DNA of 49,234 nucleotides from a virus: the IMG/VR virus record IMGVR_UViG_3300012231_000004, positions 1 to 49,234 of that record. The stretch is one strand, 5' to 3'. The notes under the pieces are model-generated. The model ran no database searches. It was not told the origin of the DNA and was given only the letters and a program-made list of their open reading frames with translations. Of the stretch, positions 35,477 to 43,387 are shown piece by piece. Both the position numbers and the translations under genes were made by a program. Position 1 is the stretch's first letter, and the number at the start of each line of letters is the position of its first letter.

Positions 35477-35608
35477 GCATAACCTTGGGTAACGAAAAGT
35501 GAGAATACCCCAATGTTTACGGGCCTTTTCGCTTACCCCTATAGGGCTATCCCCTTATTTCTTGCCTGATACCCTCTGGGGTGGTCTTAGGGGGGTGTGT
35601 GTTCTTGT

Positions 35609-35642
35609 CTATTTATATATATAAAAAAATATATACATAAAG
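35609..35642. other. AT-rich core (candidate DNA-unwinding element) flanked by the short inverted repeat GTGTGTTCTT / AAGAACAACAC
   Basis: ctatttatatatataaaaaaatatatacataaag is almost pure A/T and lies midway between the two iteron arrays. Confidence 0.5.
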
Positions 35643-35655
35643 AACAACACAAAAA

Positions 35656-35706
35656 GGTGTCACCCATAGAGGACAGGTAGACTCATATCGAAAAGTATGG
35701 TATACT
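35656..35706 (+). promoter_or_regulatory. Rightward sigma70-type promoter with a conserved upstream module (GGTGTCACC-N4-GAGGACA-N2-TAGACT-N17-TATACT, TGn extended -10)
   Basis: -35 TAGACT at 35678-83, TGG at 35698-700, -10 TATACT at 35701-06. The same architecture occurs at 42647..42697. Confidence 0.55.
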
Positions 35707-35786
35707 CTACCAGGGGTAAGCTTAAACCCGCATAAACAAAGGGCCGGGAGCACTTTCCACTACCCAACCTTATACCAGAGGATAGC

Positions 35787-35841
35787 CGGTCGATAGCCGG
35801 TCGATGTTCGGTCAATAGCCGGTCAATATACAGTCGCTTCA
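35787..35841 (-). repeat. Right iteron array: four to five 11-bp units, the reverse complement of the left array
   Basis: cggtcgatagc cggtcgatgtt cggtcaatagc cggtcaatata (cagtcgcttca). CGGTCGAT is the reverse complement of ATCGACCG. Confidence 0.85.
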
Positions 35842-36052
35842 TTAGCCTTGGAAGAAAACGCACTAAAGTATAACATTGAAAATGTATATACATGATTAGA
35901 TTATCGAATGTTAGTGTATATACATATAATCTATAGCTGTTAATTTAACGCTTTATATGTTTAGAATGAAAGATAACAACTAAAGAGGCTTCCAAAGATT
36001 AAACAAAATACAATATAACACTATAAAGAAGAAATGTCCTCAAGTTGAGACA

Positions 36053-36082
36053 TTACGTCATAATATTGAACTGTGATATAAT
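36053..36082 (+). promoter_or_regulatory. Candidate extended -10 promoter for the small-ORF cluster
   Basis: TGaTATAAT at 36074-36082. The -35 is poor (TTACGT). Confidence 0.35.
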
Positions 36083-36152
36083 GGAGCGGAGCGAGCGAAG
36101 TCTATCTCTTTGGAATTAACCTTAGATTATAGACTTTATCTTAAGGAGGTAA

Positions 36153-36326
36153 ATGAATCCAACCTTGTATATCGTCACAGTAATGGGTTGTGAAATCTAT
36201 TACTACGGTTCTTTGGTGGTTGCAGTATGTGGTTCAGTAATTAAGGTTGGCAGAACCATTGAAACTGATATTAACTTCGAATTAGTTAACCGCTTAACCT
36301 GGGAGAATTGGAATTATGACGCTTAG
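36153..36326 (+). CDS. Small hypothetical protein (57 aa)
   Basis: Strong AAGGAGG RBS. MNPTLYIVTVMGCEIYYYGSLVVAVCGSVIKVGRTIETDINFELVNRLTWENWNYDA. Below the track cutoff. Confidence 0.5.
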   Translation: MNPTLYIVTVMGCEIYYYGSLVVAVCGSVIKVGRTIETDINFELVNRLTWENWNYDA

Positions 36327-36483
36327 AACAAAGTCTGAACTTCGTGCTGCTAGAATTGCAGCGAAAGCCAATGGGGAAAAGCTTATTGGAGAGCTTGCAC
36401 TTCCCCACAATTCAACAGCCTCCAAAAGAACACTGAATCGTAAGGCTGGTAGGCTTAGGGCAAAGTTGAGAGCGGGTAATTGA
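36316..36483 (+). CDS. Small basic hypothetical protein (55 aa)
   Basis: The ATG overlaps the end of the previous ORF, with a GGGAGA RBS. MTLRTKSELRAARIAAKANGEKLIGELALPHNSTASKRTLNRKAGRLRAKLRAGN. Confidence 0.45.
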   Translation: MTLRTKSELRAARIAAKANGEKLIGELALPHNSTASKRTLNRKAGRLRAKLRAGN

Positions 36484-36577
36484 AACAAGGGAAAGGGTAA
36501 TTCCTTTCCTTAAGTCCTTGCACTATAAAGACATAAACAAGGATTTAAGGAAGGGATAAACCTTCAGAAAGGATATT

Positions 36578-36730
36578 ATGACTGCTACTGTTATCGTGCT
36601 AGTGGTAAAGGCTGAAGTTTTGCAGGTTGCAATTCAAGAAGCCAAAGACAACGGCCAAAGGATTCTGGCTTTGTCACCCGCGAAGATTTACCGCACCAAA
36701 GTTACCGAATACACTTTGGTTGTTCAATAG
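36578..36730 (+). CDS. Small hypothetical protein (50 aa)
   Basis: AAAGGA RBS. MTATVIVLVVKAEVLQVAIQEAKDNGQRILALSPAKIYRTKVTEYTLVVQ. Confidence 0.4.
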   Translation: MTATVIVLVVKAEVLQVAIQEAKDNGQRILALSPAKIYRTKVTEYTLVVQ

Positions 36731-36761
36731 TTAACAGACTAAAGAAAGGAGGTTGGACTAT

Positions 36762-37253
36762 ATGACTTGCAATACAGGGAAATACAATTTCAAGCCGCGT
36801 AATCCATACCTTCTTTCTTTAGAGGGGAATCATGGTAGGTTCATTATCTCTTGTCGTCATAGAGATATACTCCGTGCTTCTACATCTAAGCATTTCCGCT
36901 CTTGCTATTCCAAAGATGGAATTAACAGACATATTCCTGCTAGGCTTTGCACTAATCCTGACATAGCAATAGTTGGGGAAAAAGATAAGGCAGGAGATTG
37001 GCTTTGGAGAGCATTTATTCGTTACTCTAGGGTATCAATAGATTATGTTGAGCCTAGATATGACGCATATGATGATTGGATACGTGGAACTTACAGCAAA
37101 CATAATCCGCCTATGTCTAAAGAGACTAGAGGTAGGATTGAAATGTTTCGCATCTATGGTAATTGCAATCTTAATGTAGATGCGATTAAGATTTTCCTTC
37201 AAGATTATGGGATACCGTTCTTTAAGTATTCCATATATGACGATGCTGTTTAG
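36762..37253 (+). CDS. Hypothetical early protein (163 aa)
   Basis: The ATG at 36762 is 9 nt after an AAGGAGG RBS. The track's TTG at 36753 has no spacing to that RBS. Confidence 0.6.
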   Translation: MTCNTGKYNFKPRNPYLLSLEGNHGRFIISCRHRDILRASTSKHFRSCYSKDGINRHIPARLCTNPDIAIVGEKDKAGDWLWRAFIRYSRVSIDYVEPRYDAYDDWIRGTYSKHNPPMSKETRGRIEMFRIYGNCNLNVDAIKIFLQDYGIPFFKYSIYDDAV

Positions 37254-37447
37254 GTGGATATGCTAATGATTAGAAAAATAGATTCTAGTTAAAAGAGTAA
37301 ACACAAAGGCTGATAGCCTACCCTCTTATGGGTCTCGGAGTTAAAGGATGTTCCATGCTATTACTTGCGGGTAATAGGAATCTGATTAGCTAAGAGTTGG
37401 GTAGATATTAGTCACTGTGTTAAAAAATATTAAAGATAACCCATAAG

Positions 37448-37493
37448 CTAGGTTAGGTTACTGCCTGAGAAACAGTATGCAATCCTAACCTAG
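37448..37493 (+). terminator. Long stem-loop (10-bp perfect outer stem plus 5-bp inner stem), possible terminator or processing site
   Basis: CTAGGTTAGG ... CCTAACCTAG with an inner TACTG/CAGTA stem, followed by acagTTTCTTTac. Confidence 0.35.
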
Positions 37494-37552
37494 ACAGTTT
37501 CTTTACAGTTGAATTAGGCTCTTAAGTCTAATTGAAAGGTAAAGGAGATAAG

Positions 37553-37753
37553 ATGAGAAGCAAGTCAATCTATGCTGTCATTGAAGTAAACGGAGATGAT
37601 ATTATCAATCGTGATGTTTCCGGTTGGTATTTCGAGAACTACAATAAAGCATTAGAAGTAGCAGGTAAGATGAACGCGGCTAATGATAGAGTTGATGATA
37701 AGAGAGTATTTCTTGTCATTACTTTACTTAGAGGTGAATCATGGGTGCAATAA
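37553..37753 (+). CDS. Small hypothetical protein
   Basis: ATG after an AAAGGAGA RBS, in frame with the track's TTG at 37532. Confidence 0.55.
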   Translation: MRSKSIYAVIEVNGDDIINRDVSGWYFENYNKALEVAGKMNAANDRVDDKRVFLVITLLRGESWVQ

Positions 37754-37983
37754 CAGCTAGCCGGATAAAGCATATTGCCGATGCTTTTATCATCATAGCA
37801 AAGGCAGACCATTACATGGTTAAGTTTGCCTCTGTTGCTACATCCGAGGAATTAGAAAAGGCAAAAGGATACCTCATCGTTAAATCAAACGCCGTAGGGA
37901 ATAGGGACGAACTAATCGAAAAGGCGCTTGATTTAATCGAGAATGAAATCAAAGGTGTTAAGTTTATTGAGGGGAGAAAATGA
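37741..37983 (+). CDS. Small hypothetical protein
   Basis: 80-aa ORF that overlaps its neighbours. Confidence 0.5.
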   Translation: MGAITASRIKHIADAFIIIAKADHYMVKFASVATSEELEKAKGYLIVKSNAVGNRDELIEKALDLIENEIKGVKFIEGRK

Positions 37984-38165
37984 CTGAACAAGAGATAAAG
38001 GAGAGAATCCTTAATCATCTACAGTCTATTGCCATTCAATCTGTAGAGGCTCAATCTAATCTAGATGATTTAGACAAGCTAATTGATTTACTAGATGATA
38101 TTGAGCGAGATACAGAAACTTGCACTAAGTTAGTAACTCAAATAGCAACAGGAGTAAAGGAGTAG
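37980..38165 (+). CDS. Small acidic hypothetical protein
   Basis: 61-aa ORF with an ATGA overlap upstream. Confidence 0.5.
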   Translation: MTEQEIKERILNHLQSIAIQSVEAQSNLDDLDKLIDLLDDIERDTETCTKLVTQIATGVKE

Positions 38166-38168
38166 CCA

Positions 38169-38318
38169 ATGGATATGACTCTTTCTGCATGTGCCAAGTA
38201 TGATTTCGAGAACAAATTGAAATACAAACTTACCGGGTGGGGTAGGATTTGTAAAGATAGAGAGGCTCGTGGAATTAGCCGAAAGGCTATGAGACTCAAA
38301 AAGAAAGAAAATAAGTAA
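38169..38318 (+). CDS. Small basic hypothetical protein (49 aa)
   Basis: AAGGAG RBS 6 nt upstream. MDMTLSACAKYDFENKLKYKLTGWGRICKDREARGISRKAMRLKKKENK. TAATG junction with the next gene. Confidence 0.45.
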   Translation: MDMTLSACAKYDFENKLKYKLTGWGRICKDREARGISRKAMRLKKKENK

Positions 38319-38749
38319 TGACCAAAACTTTAGATATTTCTTGGCTTTCTGGTTTATTAGAAGGTGAGGGATGCTTTTATTATGGTGATTCTCCATCAAT
38401 CAAAGTAATGATGACTGATAGAGATACCATAGAAAAAGTAGCTCACTTACTCAAGATGCCAGTAAGTGAACAAAAGAAATACTCTAACTACAAACAAGTA
38501 TATATTGTAAGCATCCACGGTGATAGAGCAATAGGTTGGATGTTTACCTTATATTCTTTAATGGGAAAGAGAAGACAAGCTAAAATTAAAGAAGTCTTAG
38601 ATAAATGGAAAGATAAAGTAAGAAAGCAAGGGAATATAGACTCATTTATCTGTGGACATCCTAAATCACAAGAGAATACCTATTGGTCTGGTAGATATAG
38701 AGTATGTAGACAGTGCTCTATAGAAAGGAAAAGAGTAAAAGTCCTATGA
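38318..38749 (+). CDS. LAGLIDADG homing endonuclease (single-motif type) with a C-terminal Cys cluster
   Basis: LSGLLEGEGCFYY is the LAGLIDADG motif, followed by FICGHP...CRQC. Confidence 0.65.
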   Translation: MTKTLDISWLSGLLEGEGCFYYGDSPSIKVMMTDRDTIEKVAHLLKMPVSEQKKYSNYKQVYIVSIHGDRAIGWMFTLYSLMGKRRQAKIKEVLDKWKDKVRKQGNIDSFICGHPKSQENTYWSGRYRVCRQCSIERKRVKVL

Positions 38750-38961
38750 TAAATGAATTGATTAAGAAGCTTAGGAAAGCGGCAGATGCTTTAGACTCTC
38801 TATTGGATGGAGAACCAAAGCATAACAAGGCAGTAGAGAAAGCCATCCGCAAATCTATTGCCAAAAGAGTAAAGCCTCATTGGACCCAACTGCCTAAGAA
38901 TAAGGCAAAGATGAAGAAAGCCATTCGTAAGATGAGGGCAGCTAAGTCTGCAAAGGTGTAA
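38746..38961 (+). CDS. Small basic helical hypothetical protein
   Basis: The ATG at 38746 forms an ATGA overlap with the upstream stop. The track start at 38713 lies inside the endonuclease gene. Confidence 0.5.
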   Translation: MINELIKKLRKAADALDSLLDGEPKHNKAVEKAIRKSIAKRVKPHWTQLPKNKAKMKKAIRKMRAAKSAKV

Positions 38962-38964
38962 AAG

Positions 38965-39171
38965 ATGGCAAATCGAAAGCGTAAAAAGTGGAATGTTATC
39001 CGTAGACAAAAGCCGATTCAAGGTGGCCGGGAATCTTTACCAGCTTGTGTAATCAAAGAGATTCTCTATGCTGTTGAAAAGGAAGCCATGAAACATAAGG
39101 TTTCCAAATCTTTTGTCATTGCAGTAAGATTGGCCCATAGTTATGGGATTAGTCAACAAGAGGAATTGTAA
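38965..39171 (+). CDS. Small basic protein, possible ribbon-helix-helix DNA binder
   Basis: The basic N-terminus is followed by LPACVIKEILYAVEKEAMKHKVSKSFVIAVRLA, which is RHH-like. Confidence 0.3.
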   Translation: MANRKRKKWNVIRRQKPIQGGRESLPACVIKEILYAVEKEAMKHKVSKSFVIAVRLAHSYGISQQEEL

Positions 39172-39832
39172 GGTCTGTGGAACTAAACCAGCTTTTGAAG
39201 ATGGTGATTTTTGTTCTTGGGTGTGTCAACAGGTTTATGTTTGGCACAAGATAAGGATTGAACCTATGGGTAAATACGACGTAGATTATGAGCTTTACAT
39301 AGCCTGGCAAAAAGAAAAGCAGCCAGTTATTGAAGCCATGATGACTGAGGAAGAAATAGAAACAAGAATTATCGAGATTATCAACATCAAGTTTTATGCC
39401 GAAAGAGAATGGCAGATGTTGCATATGCGATTGGATAAACTTACCAACCGCAAAGGTATTCCCAAATGGATTAGAGAAGGTAGAGATGCTCTAATTACTG
39501 ACCCTCATATTAAAGTCAATTATGAAGGTGAGCCGCGTAAGAAAGAACCTAAAGAGAAGAAACCAAAGTCTAATCTCTTGAAGGAATTGCTCGGTATTGA
39601 TATGGCAGAGCTTACCAAAGACTTTAAGAAGTCTAAGGAAGCGGGTAATGGAACTCCTAGTAAGCCTATTGAAACAAAGGTTACTATGGATGATTTCATG
39701 GACCAAATGCTTAATCCCAAGCCTAAACCTGTAGTTCCAGTGATTAGCGATGAAGAAAAAGCAGCTAAAGTTAACGCAATGAAAGAAAAGATGCGATTAG
39801 CTAAGGAAGCTAAAGAAGGTAAAAAGGAGTAG
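39143..39832 (+). CDS. Hypothetical protein with an N-terminal zinc finger and a K/E-rich tail
   Basis: CKVCGTKPAFEDGDFCSWVCQQ. 229 aa. Confidence 0.5.
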   Translation: MGLVNKRNCKVCGTKPAFEDGDFCSWVCQQVYVWHKIRIEPMGKYDVDYELYIAWQKEKQPVIEAMMTEEEIETRIIEIINIKFYAEREWQMLHMRLDKLTNRKGIPKWIREGRDALITDPHIKVNYEGEPRKKEPKEKKPKSNLLKELLGIDMAELTKDFKKSKEAGNGTPSKPIETKVTMDDFMDQMLNPKPKPVVPVISDEEKAAKVNAMKEKMRLAKEAKEGKKE

Positions 39833-41601
39833 TGATGGAACAAATCCTATGTCCTCAATGCCTACAACCTAAAGAGGTTAAGGCAAGAATCAAAAGGATG
39901 GCTCGTTTGTCTTGCGGCCATCTAGTAATGGGTAATGTTCCTTCTATTAAAGAAGAACAAAACATTATCCAAGAGATTCAAACATCTCTAGACAATAACA
40001 TAGAGCAAGCTCCGGTTAATGTGGCTCTAGATGAAATACCTGTTGAAGTAACCCCACCTAAATCAGAGTTAATCATTGACTCTGAAACCTTCCACAACAC
40101 TAAGACAAAGGATTTACCTTATCCTTTCCAAGAAAAAGGTATAAGATTCGCTATAGACTCTGGATTCAAATGCTTAATCGCTGATGAACAAGGACTAGGT
40201 AAAACAGTCCAAGCATTAGGAGTTCTATTCTATGCGATGAAGCATTGCCCGGACCAAGTCTTTCCTGTTCTAATCACCGCGAAGTCTAACGTAAAGATGC
40301 AATGGTTAGTCCAGATAATGAGATGGTGTGGAATTGATTACATTCCCCAAATCATTGAGACTAGTAAGAATGCTCCGGTCGAAGGATTCAATGTCTATAT
40401 TGCATCCTACGACATATTCCGCAGGTTCTCCAAAGTTACTCCAGTTATTCTCAAATCCAAGTATGGTCATGAAATTGAAACGACTAGAAAAGAAAATCCT
40501 TTCTATGACTTTCCTTTTAAGACTATCATTATGGATGAAGTCCAGGCAATTAAAGGAGATAGCCAAAGGACTGGAGAGTTAAAGCGAATCTGTGAGGGTA
40601 AGAATGTTATAGCATTAAGCGGAACGCCGATTAAGAATAGCGCCGCGGAATACTATACAATCTTGCATATGTTAGCTCCAGATTTATTCCCAACTAAACA
40701 GGGATACCTTGACTACTGGGTTAAGAAAGAGTATGTCAATGGTTACGAGAAGTATACGGGAATCAAAAGACCACTACAGTTTGCCGAATACACTAAGAAC
40801 ATTATCATTCGGCGAACTAGAGAAGAAGTTAAAGAAGAGATTGGTCTTAGAGTTACAAAGGCTAACCGAATCTTCTACCACGTAGACTTTGACGATGAAA
40901 AGCTTAAAGCCGCTTATAAAGCAGCGGAAGCAGAGTTTATCCGGGCGATGGAAGAAAGCACTAAGAAGAAAGACCCGGTTGAACTTATTGGTAGACTTTC
41001 TGTAATGAGACATTTGGTTGGTCTTAATAAGATACAGCCAACTGTAGACTTAGCTACAGAGTTTCTACTAGAGAATCCTTCCGGTAAACTTGTAATCTTT
41101 GCACATCACCAGGATGTTATGGAAGCAATCTATAAACTGGCTGGTATTTGGTGCAACGATGGCGGTTACGATGTTCCTTTGATATATCATTCAGGTCTTA
41201 ACCAAACGGAAAGATTTGAGATGATAGCTAAGTTCGCGGATAACAAGAACATCCCATTCATTATTGGTTCAACCTTAGCGATGGGAGAAGGGGTAGATAG
41301 ATTACAGGAAGTATCAAACGACTGTATCTTAGCAGAGAGACAGTGGAATCCTGCTAATGAAGAACAGGCTGAATCAAGATTGGTAAGAATAGGACAGAAG
41401 AAAGGGTTTGTTAATGCAACCTATCCTATTGCTTCTGGAACTATTGACGAATACTTTACCGAGATTGTAGAAGCCAAGCGTAGAGCTATGAAGGAAACAT
41501 TAGACGGAGAAGTTAGTCAGTGGGATGAAACAGGATTGCTTAGTGCATTGTATGAAGCAATCACCGCGAAGGGCAGAAAACGAACTATAAAGGGGTGGTA
41601 G
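39832..41601 (+). CDS. SNF2-family (SF2) helicase/ATPase with an N-terminal zinc ribbon
   Basis: Motif I ADEQGLGKT, motif II IIMDEVQAIK, motif III ALSGTPIKN, motif VI QWNPANEEQAESRLVRIGQKK. N-terminal CPQC...CGH. Confidence 0.85.
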   Translation: MMEQILCPQCLQPKEVKARIKRMARLSCGHLVMGNVPSIKEEQNIIQEIQTSLDNNIEQAPVNVALDEIPVEVTPPKSELIIDSETFHNTKTKDLPYPFQEKGIRFAIDSGFKCLIADEQGLGKTVQALGVLFYAMKHCPDQVFPVLITAKSNVKMQWLVQIMRWCGIDYIPQIIETSKNAPVEGFNVYIASYDIFRRFSKVTPVILKSKYGHEIETTRKENPFYDFPFKTIIMDEVQAIKGDSQRTGELKRICEGKNVIALSGTPIKNSAAEYYTILHMLAPDLFPTKQGYLDYWVKKEYVNGYEKYTGIKRPLQFAEYTKNIIIRRTREEVKEEIGLRVTKANRIFYHVDFDDEKLKAAYKAAEAEFIRAMEESTKKKDPVELIGRLSVMRHLVGLNKIQPTVDLATEFLLENPSGKLVIFAHHQDVMEAIYKLAGIWCNDGGYDVPLIYHSGLNQTERFEMIAKFADNKNIPFIIGSTLAMGEGVDRLQEVSNDCILAERQWNPANEEQAESRLVRIGQKKGFVNATYPIASGTIDEYFTEIVEAKRRAMKETLDGEVSQWDETGLLSALYEAITAKGRKRTIKGW

Positions 41602-41602
41602 T

Positions 41603-41797
41603 TTGGCATACTATGATGAGACACCTAACGATAAAAGGTGTGAAATTGATTGTCTTATAGAGAATGAGGAGGATGAAATAGAGTGTGATAACCTTGCACT
41701 ATATCCTATTCATCATGCCAAGCTAGGAATAACAGCTATGGTTTGTGATGAACATTACGAGTTGGCTAAGCGGTTAAGAGATGGAGATAAAAGATGA
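41603..41797 (+). CDS. Small Cys-rich acidic hypothetical protein
   Basis: 64-aa ORF. It requires a TTG start because no in-frame ATG lies near the 5' end. Confidence 0.35.
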   Translation: MAYYDETPNDKRCEIDCLIENEEDEIECDNLALYPIHHAKLGITAMVCDEHYELAKRLRDGDKR

Positions 41798-42066
41798 CAA
41801 ACGCAAGCAACAAAGTTAACAAAGCTCTAGTAGAGGTTTGCAATTCATATCACGATATGATTAGAGTTGGAACAGAAATTCTAACTGTTGCCACTAATGT
41901 TATAGATGGAAAGGAGAAAGACATCTATATTGCTAGAGCACAGGTAGAACAGGCAAAGGAAATCTATCTCCAAAAGCTTAACGAGATTAGAGATATTCTG
42001 GATAAGCTAAAGAAAGAATTGGAGTTAGAGATTCACTTGTCTAAACCAACCATTAACATTCATTAA
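41794..42066 (+). CDS. Small coiled-coil hypothetical protein
   Basis: 90-aa ORF with an ATGA overlap. Confidence 0.5.
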   Translation: MTNASNKVNKALVEVCNSYHDMIRVGTEILTVATNVIDGKEKDIYIARAQVEQAKEIYLQKLNEIRDILDKLKKELELEIHLSKPTINIH

Positions 42067-42074
42067 GGTTTGTA

Positions 42075-42320
42075 ATGAGAGGTAAAAAGATGCAAATAAA
42101 GATTACCCGCTTCACTGGTAGTGGTCATGTATTAGAGATTACTTTGACTACTAACAACATAGCTCACTCCGCTTTATCAGATGATGAAGATTTAAGGACT
42201 GAGATAACAGAAGGAATACATACTGCCTTAACTAAGCACTTAAGGAAAGAGGCAGCTAAGTATGTGAAAGGAATTGAGGAGAATAAAAATGATGAAAAAA
42301 GTAACGATAAGAATAATTGA
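42075..42320 (+). CDS. Small hypothetical protein
   Basis: 81-aa ORF. An alternative ATG lies at 42090. Confidence 0.5.
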   Translation: MRGKKMQIKITRFTGSGHVLEITLTTNNIAHSALSDDEDLRTEITEGIHTALTKHLRKEAAKYVKGIEENKNDEKSNDKNN

Positions 42321-42606
42321 AGTTAGTATCCACCGGAGTAAAAAGAATCCCCGGTTAGGACATGCTGTTGCTTTACTATTCCCTTGTAATCATCATCGTT
42401 ACTTGGGATTAACTCTTTACAAAGGAGAACCTGGCACTATAGAGTATAGAAGTCAAGGTTGTAGAGTAATCAAGTTTGAAGACTACGATGTAATGGACAA
42501 AGAAGTTTGTAAACTTTGTCCGCATGAAGATATGTGGCTGGATGATTTAGCTACAGAGACTACATTAGAAGACTTTGCGGATATTCTTGAGGCTTTCGAT
42601 GATTGA
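42289..42606 (+). CDS. Small Cys/His-containing hypothetical protein
   Basis: The ATG at 42289 is 6 nt after a GAGGAG RBS. The track's TTG at 42274 is less likely. Confidence 0.5.
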   Translation: MMKKVTIRIIEVSIHRSKKNPRLGHAVALLFPCNHHRYLGLTLYKGEPGTIEYRSQGCRVIKFEDYDVMDKEVCKLCPHEDMWLDDLATETTLEDFADILEAFDD

Positions 42607-42646
42607 GTGTATACTATGGTGACTAAGATAAGGGGAAAACATATAT

Positions 42647-42697
42647 AGTGTCACCTAATGAGGACAAGTTGACTTTAAGATAGGTCCGTGCTATAAT
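42647..42697 (+). promoter_or_regulatory. Strong sigma70-type promoter with the same upstream module as 35656..35706
   Basis: aGTGTCACC (42647-55), N4, GAGGACA (42660-66), N2, TTGACT (42669-74), 17-nt spacer with TGc, TATAAT (42692-97). Confidence 0.7.
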
Positions 42698-42804
42698 GGA
42701 CAGGCGGAGAGCATATCCGTCCGGCGTTAATTTAACCGGCGGAAAACTTAGGGTTTTAGGATGGGCCTGAAACCTTTTTACTGTAAACGAAAAGGGAAAA
42801 GAAA

Positions 42805-43362
42805 ATGTCTATCGAATTGGTTGAAGTCTCAAAGAATACCCGCGGCGTTAACTCACGCGAGATTAAGTATCTTGCGATTGGTAAGTGGGTGAAAAAGGTT
42901 GTTGCCCGCGAATCCAAGCCGGTATTCAATGAAGATGGAACTCCTAAGCTGGATGAAAAGGGAAACCAAGTTAGGACTCCGCTTGGTAAGGACGCTGAAG
43001 GTAAGCTCATTACTATTGATGAGGAAGTTAACGAGTTTGAATCCGATGGCGTTCTTACTGATGTCGCGGATGCAATGGAACTCGTTAACAATGACGAGCA
43101 GGTTTTCCTCGATTGCTTTGCGGATGGCTTTAACGAAAGGCAATACGCAAAGGAAGCCGGTAAGGATGAACTGGACGAGTTTTTGGCTGACATGGAAATG
43201 AACGATGACCAGAAAGCGGTCTTTAAGAGAACCGCTCGTCAGCTTAACCGTGGAACTGGTGTCGAGCTTTTGGATGCCGCTGAAATGATTAAGGCAATGA
43301 TTCTTAAAAAGAAGGCAGAAGCATTGGCTAAAGCACAGGCGGCGTCTGCGGTTCCTGCCTAA
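42805..43362 (+). CDS. Acidic 185-aa protein in its own promoter-to-terminator unit (function unknown)
   Basis: GC-richer codons, a dedicated promoter and a ~105-nt leader. A rho-independent terminator follows 25 nt after the stop. Confidence 0.7.
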   Translation: MSIELVEVSKNTRGVNSREIKYLAIGKWVKKVVARESKPVFNEDGTPKLDEKGNQVRTPLGKDAEGKLITIDEEVNEFESDGVLTDVADAMELVNNDEQVFLDCFADGFNERQYAKEAGKDELDEFLADMEMNDDQKAVFKRTARQLNRGTGVELLDAAEMIKAMILKKKAEALAKAQAASAVPA

Positions 43363-43387
43363 TTCAATTAGGTAAAGGTTTGGAGAA

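Noticed and set aside
35422-35841. Possibility that the short tandem repeats are a CRISPR array.
   Set aside because: The units are 11 bp, directly abutting with no spacers, and occur as two inverted arrays. That is iteron architecture, not repeat-spacer architecture.
35660-35893. 77-aa minus-strand ORF spanning the origin-like region.
   Set aside because: It covers the promoter, the right iteron array and the palindromes. It has no RBS, and its sequence is dictated by the repeats.
36294-36488. 64-aa minus-strand ORF.
   Set aside because: It is antisense to two plus-strand small ORFs that have good RBSs and are translationally coupled.
42756-43201. Three ORFs overlapping the 185-aa gene (42756..43193 -, 42853..43143 -, 42899..43201 +).
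   Set aside because: They are shadow frames of a gene that has its own promoter, RBS and terminator.
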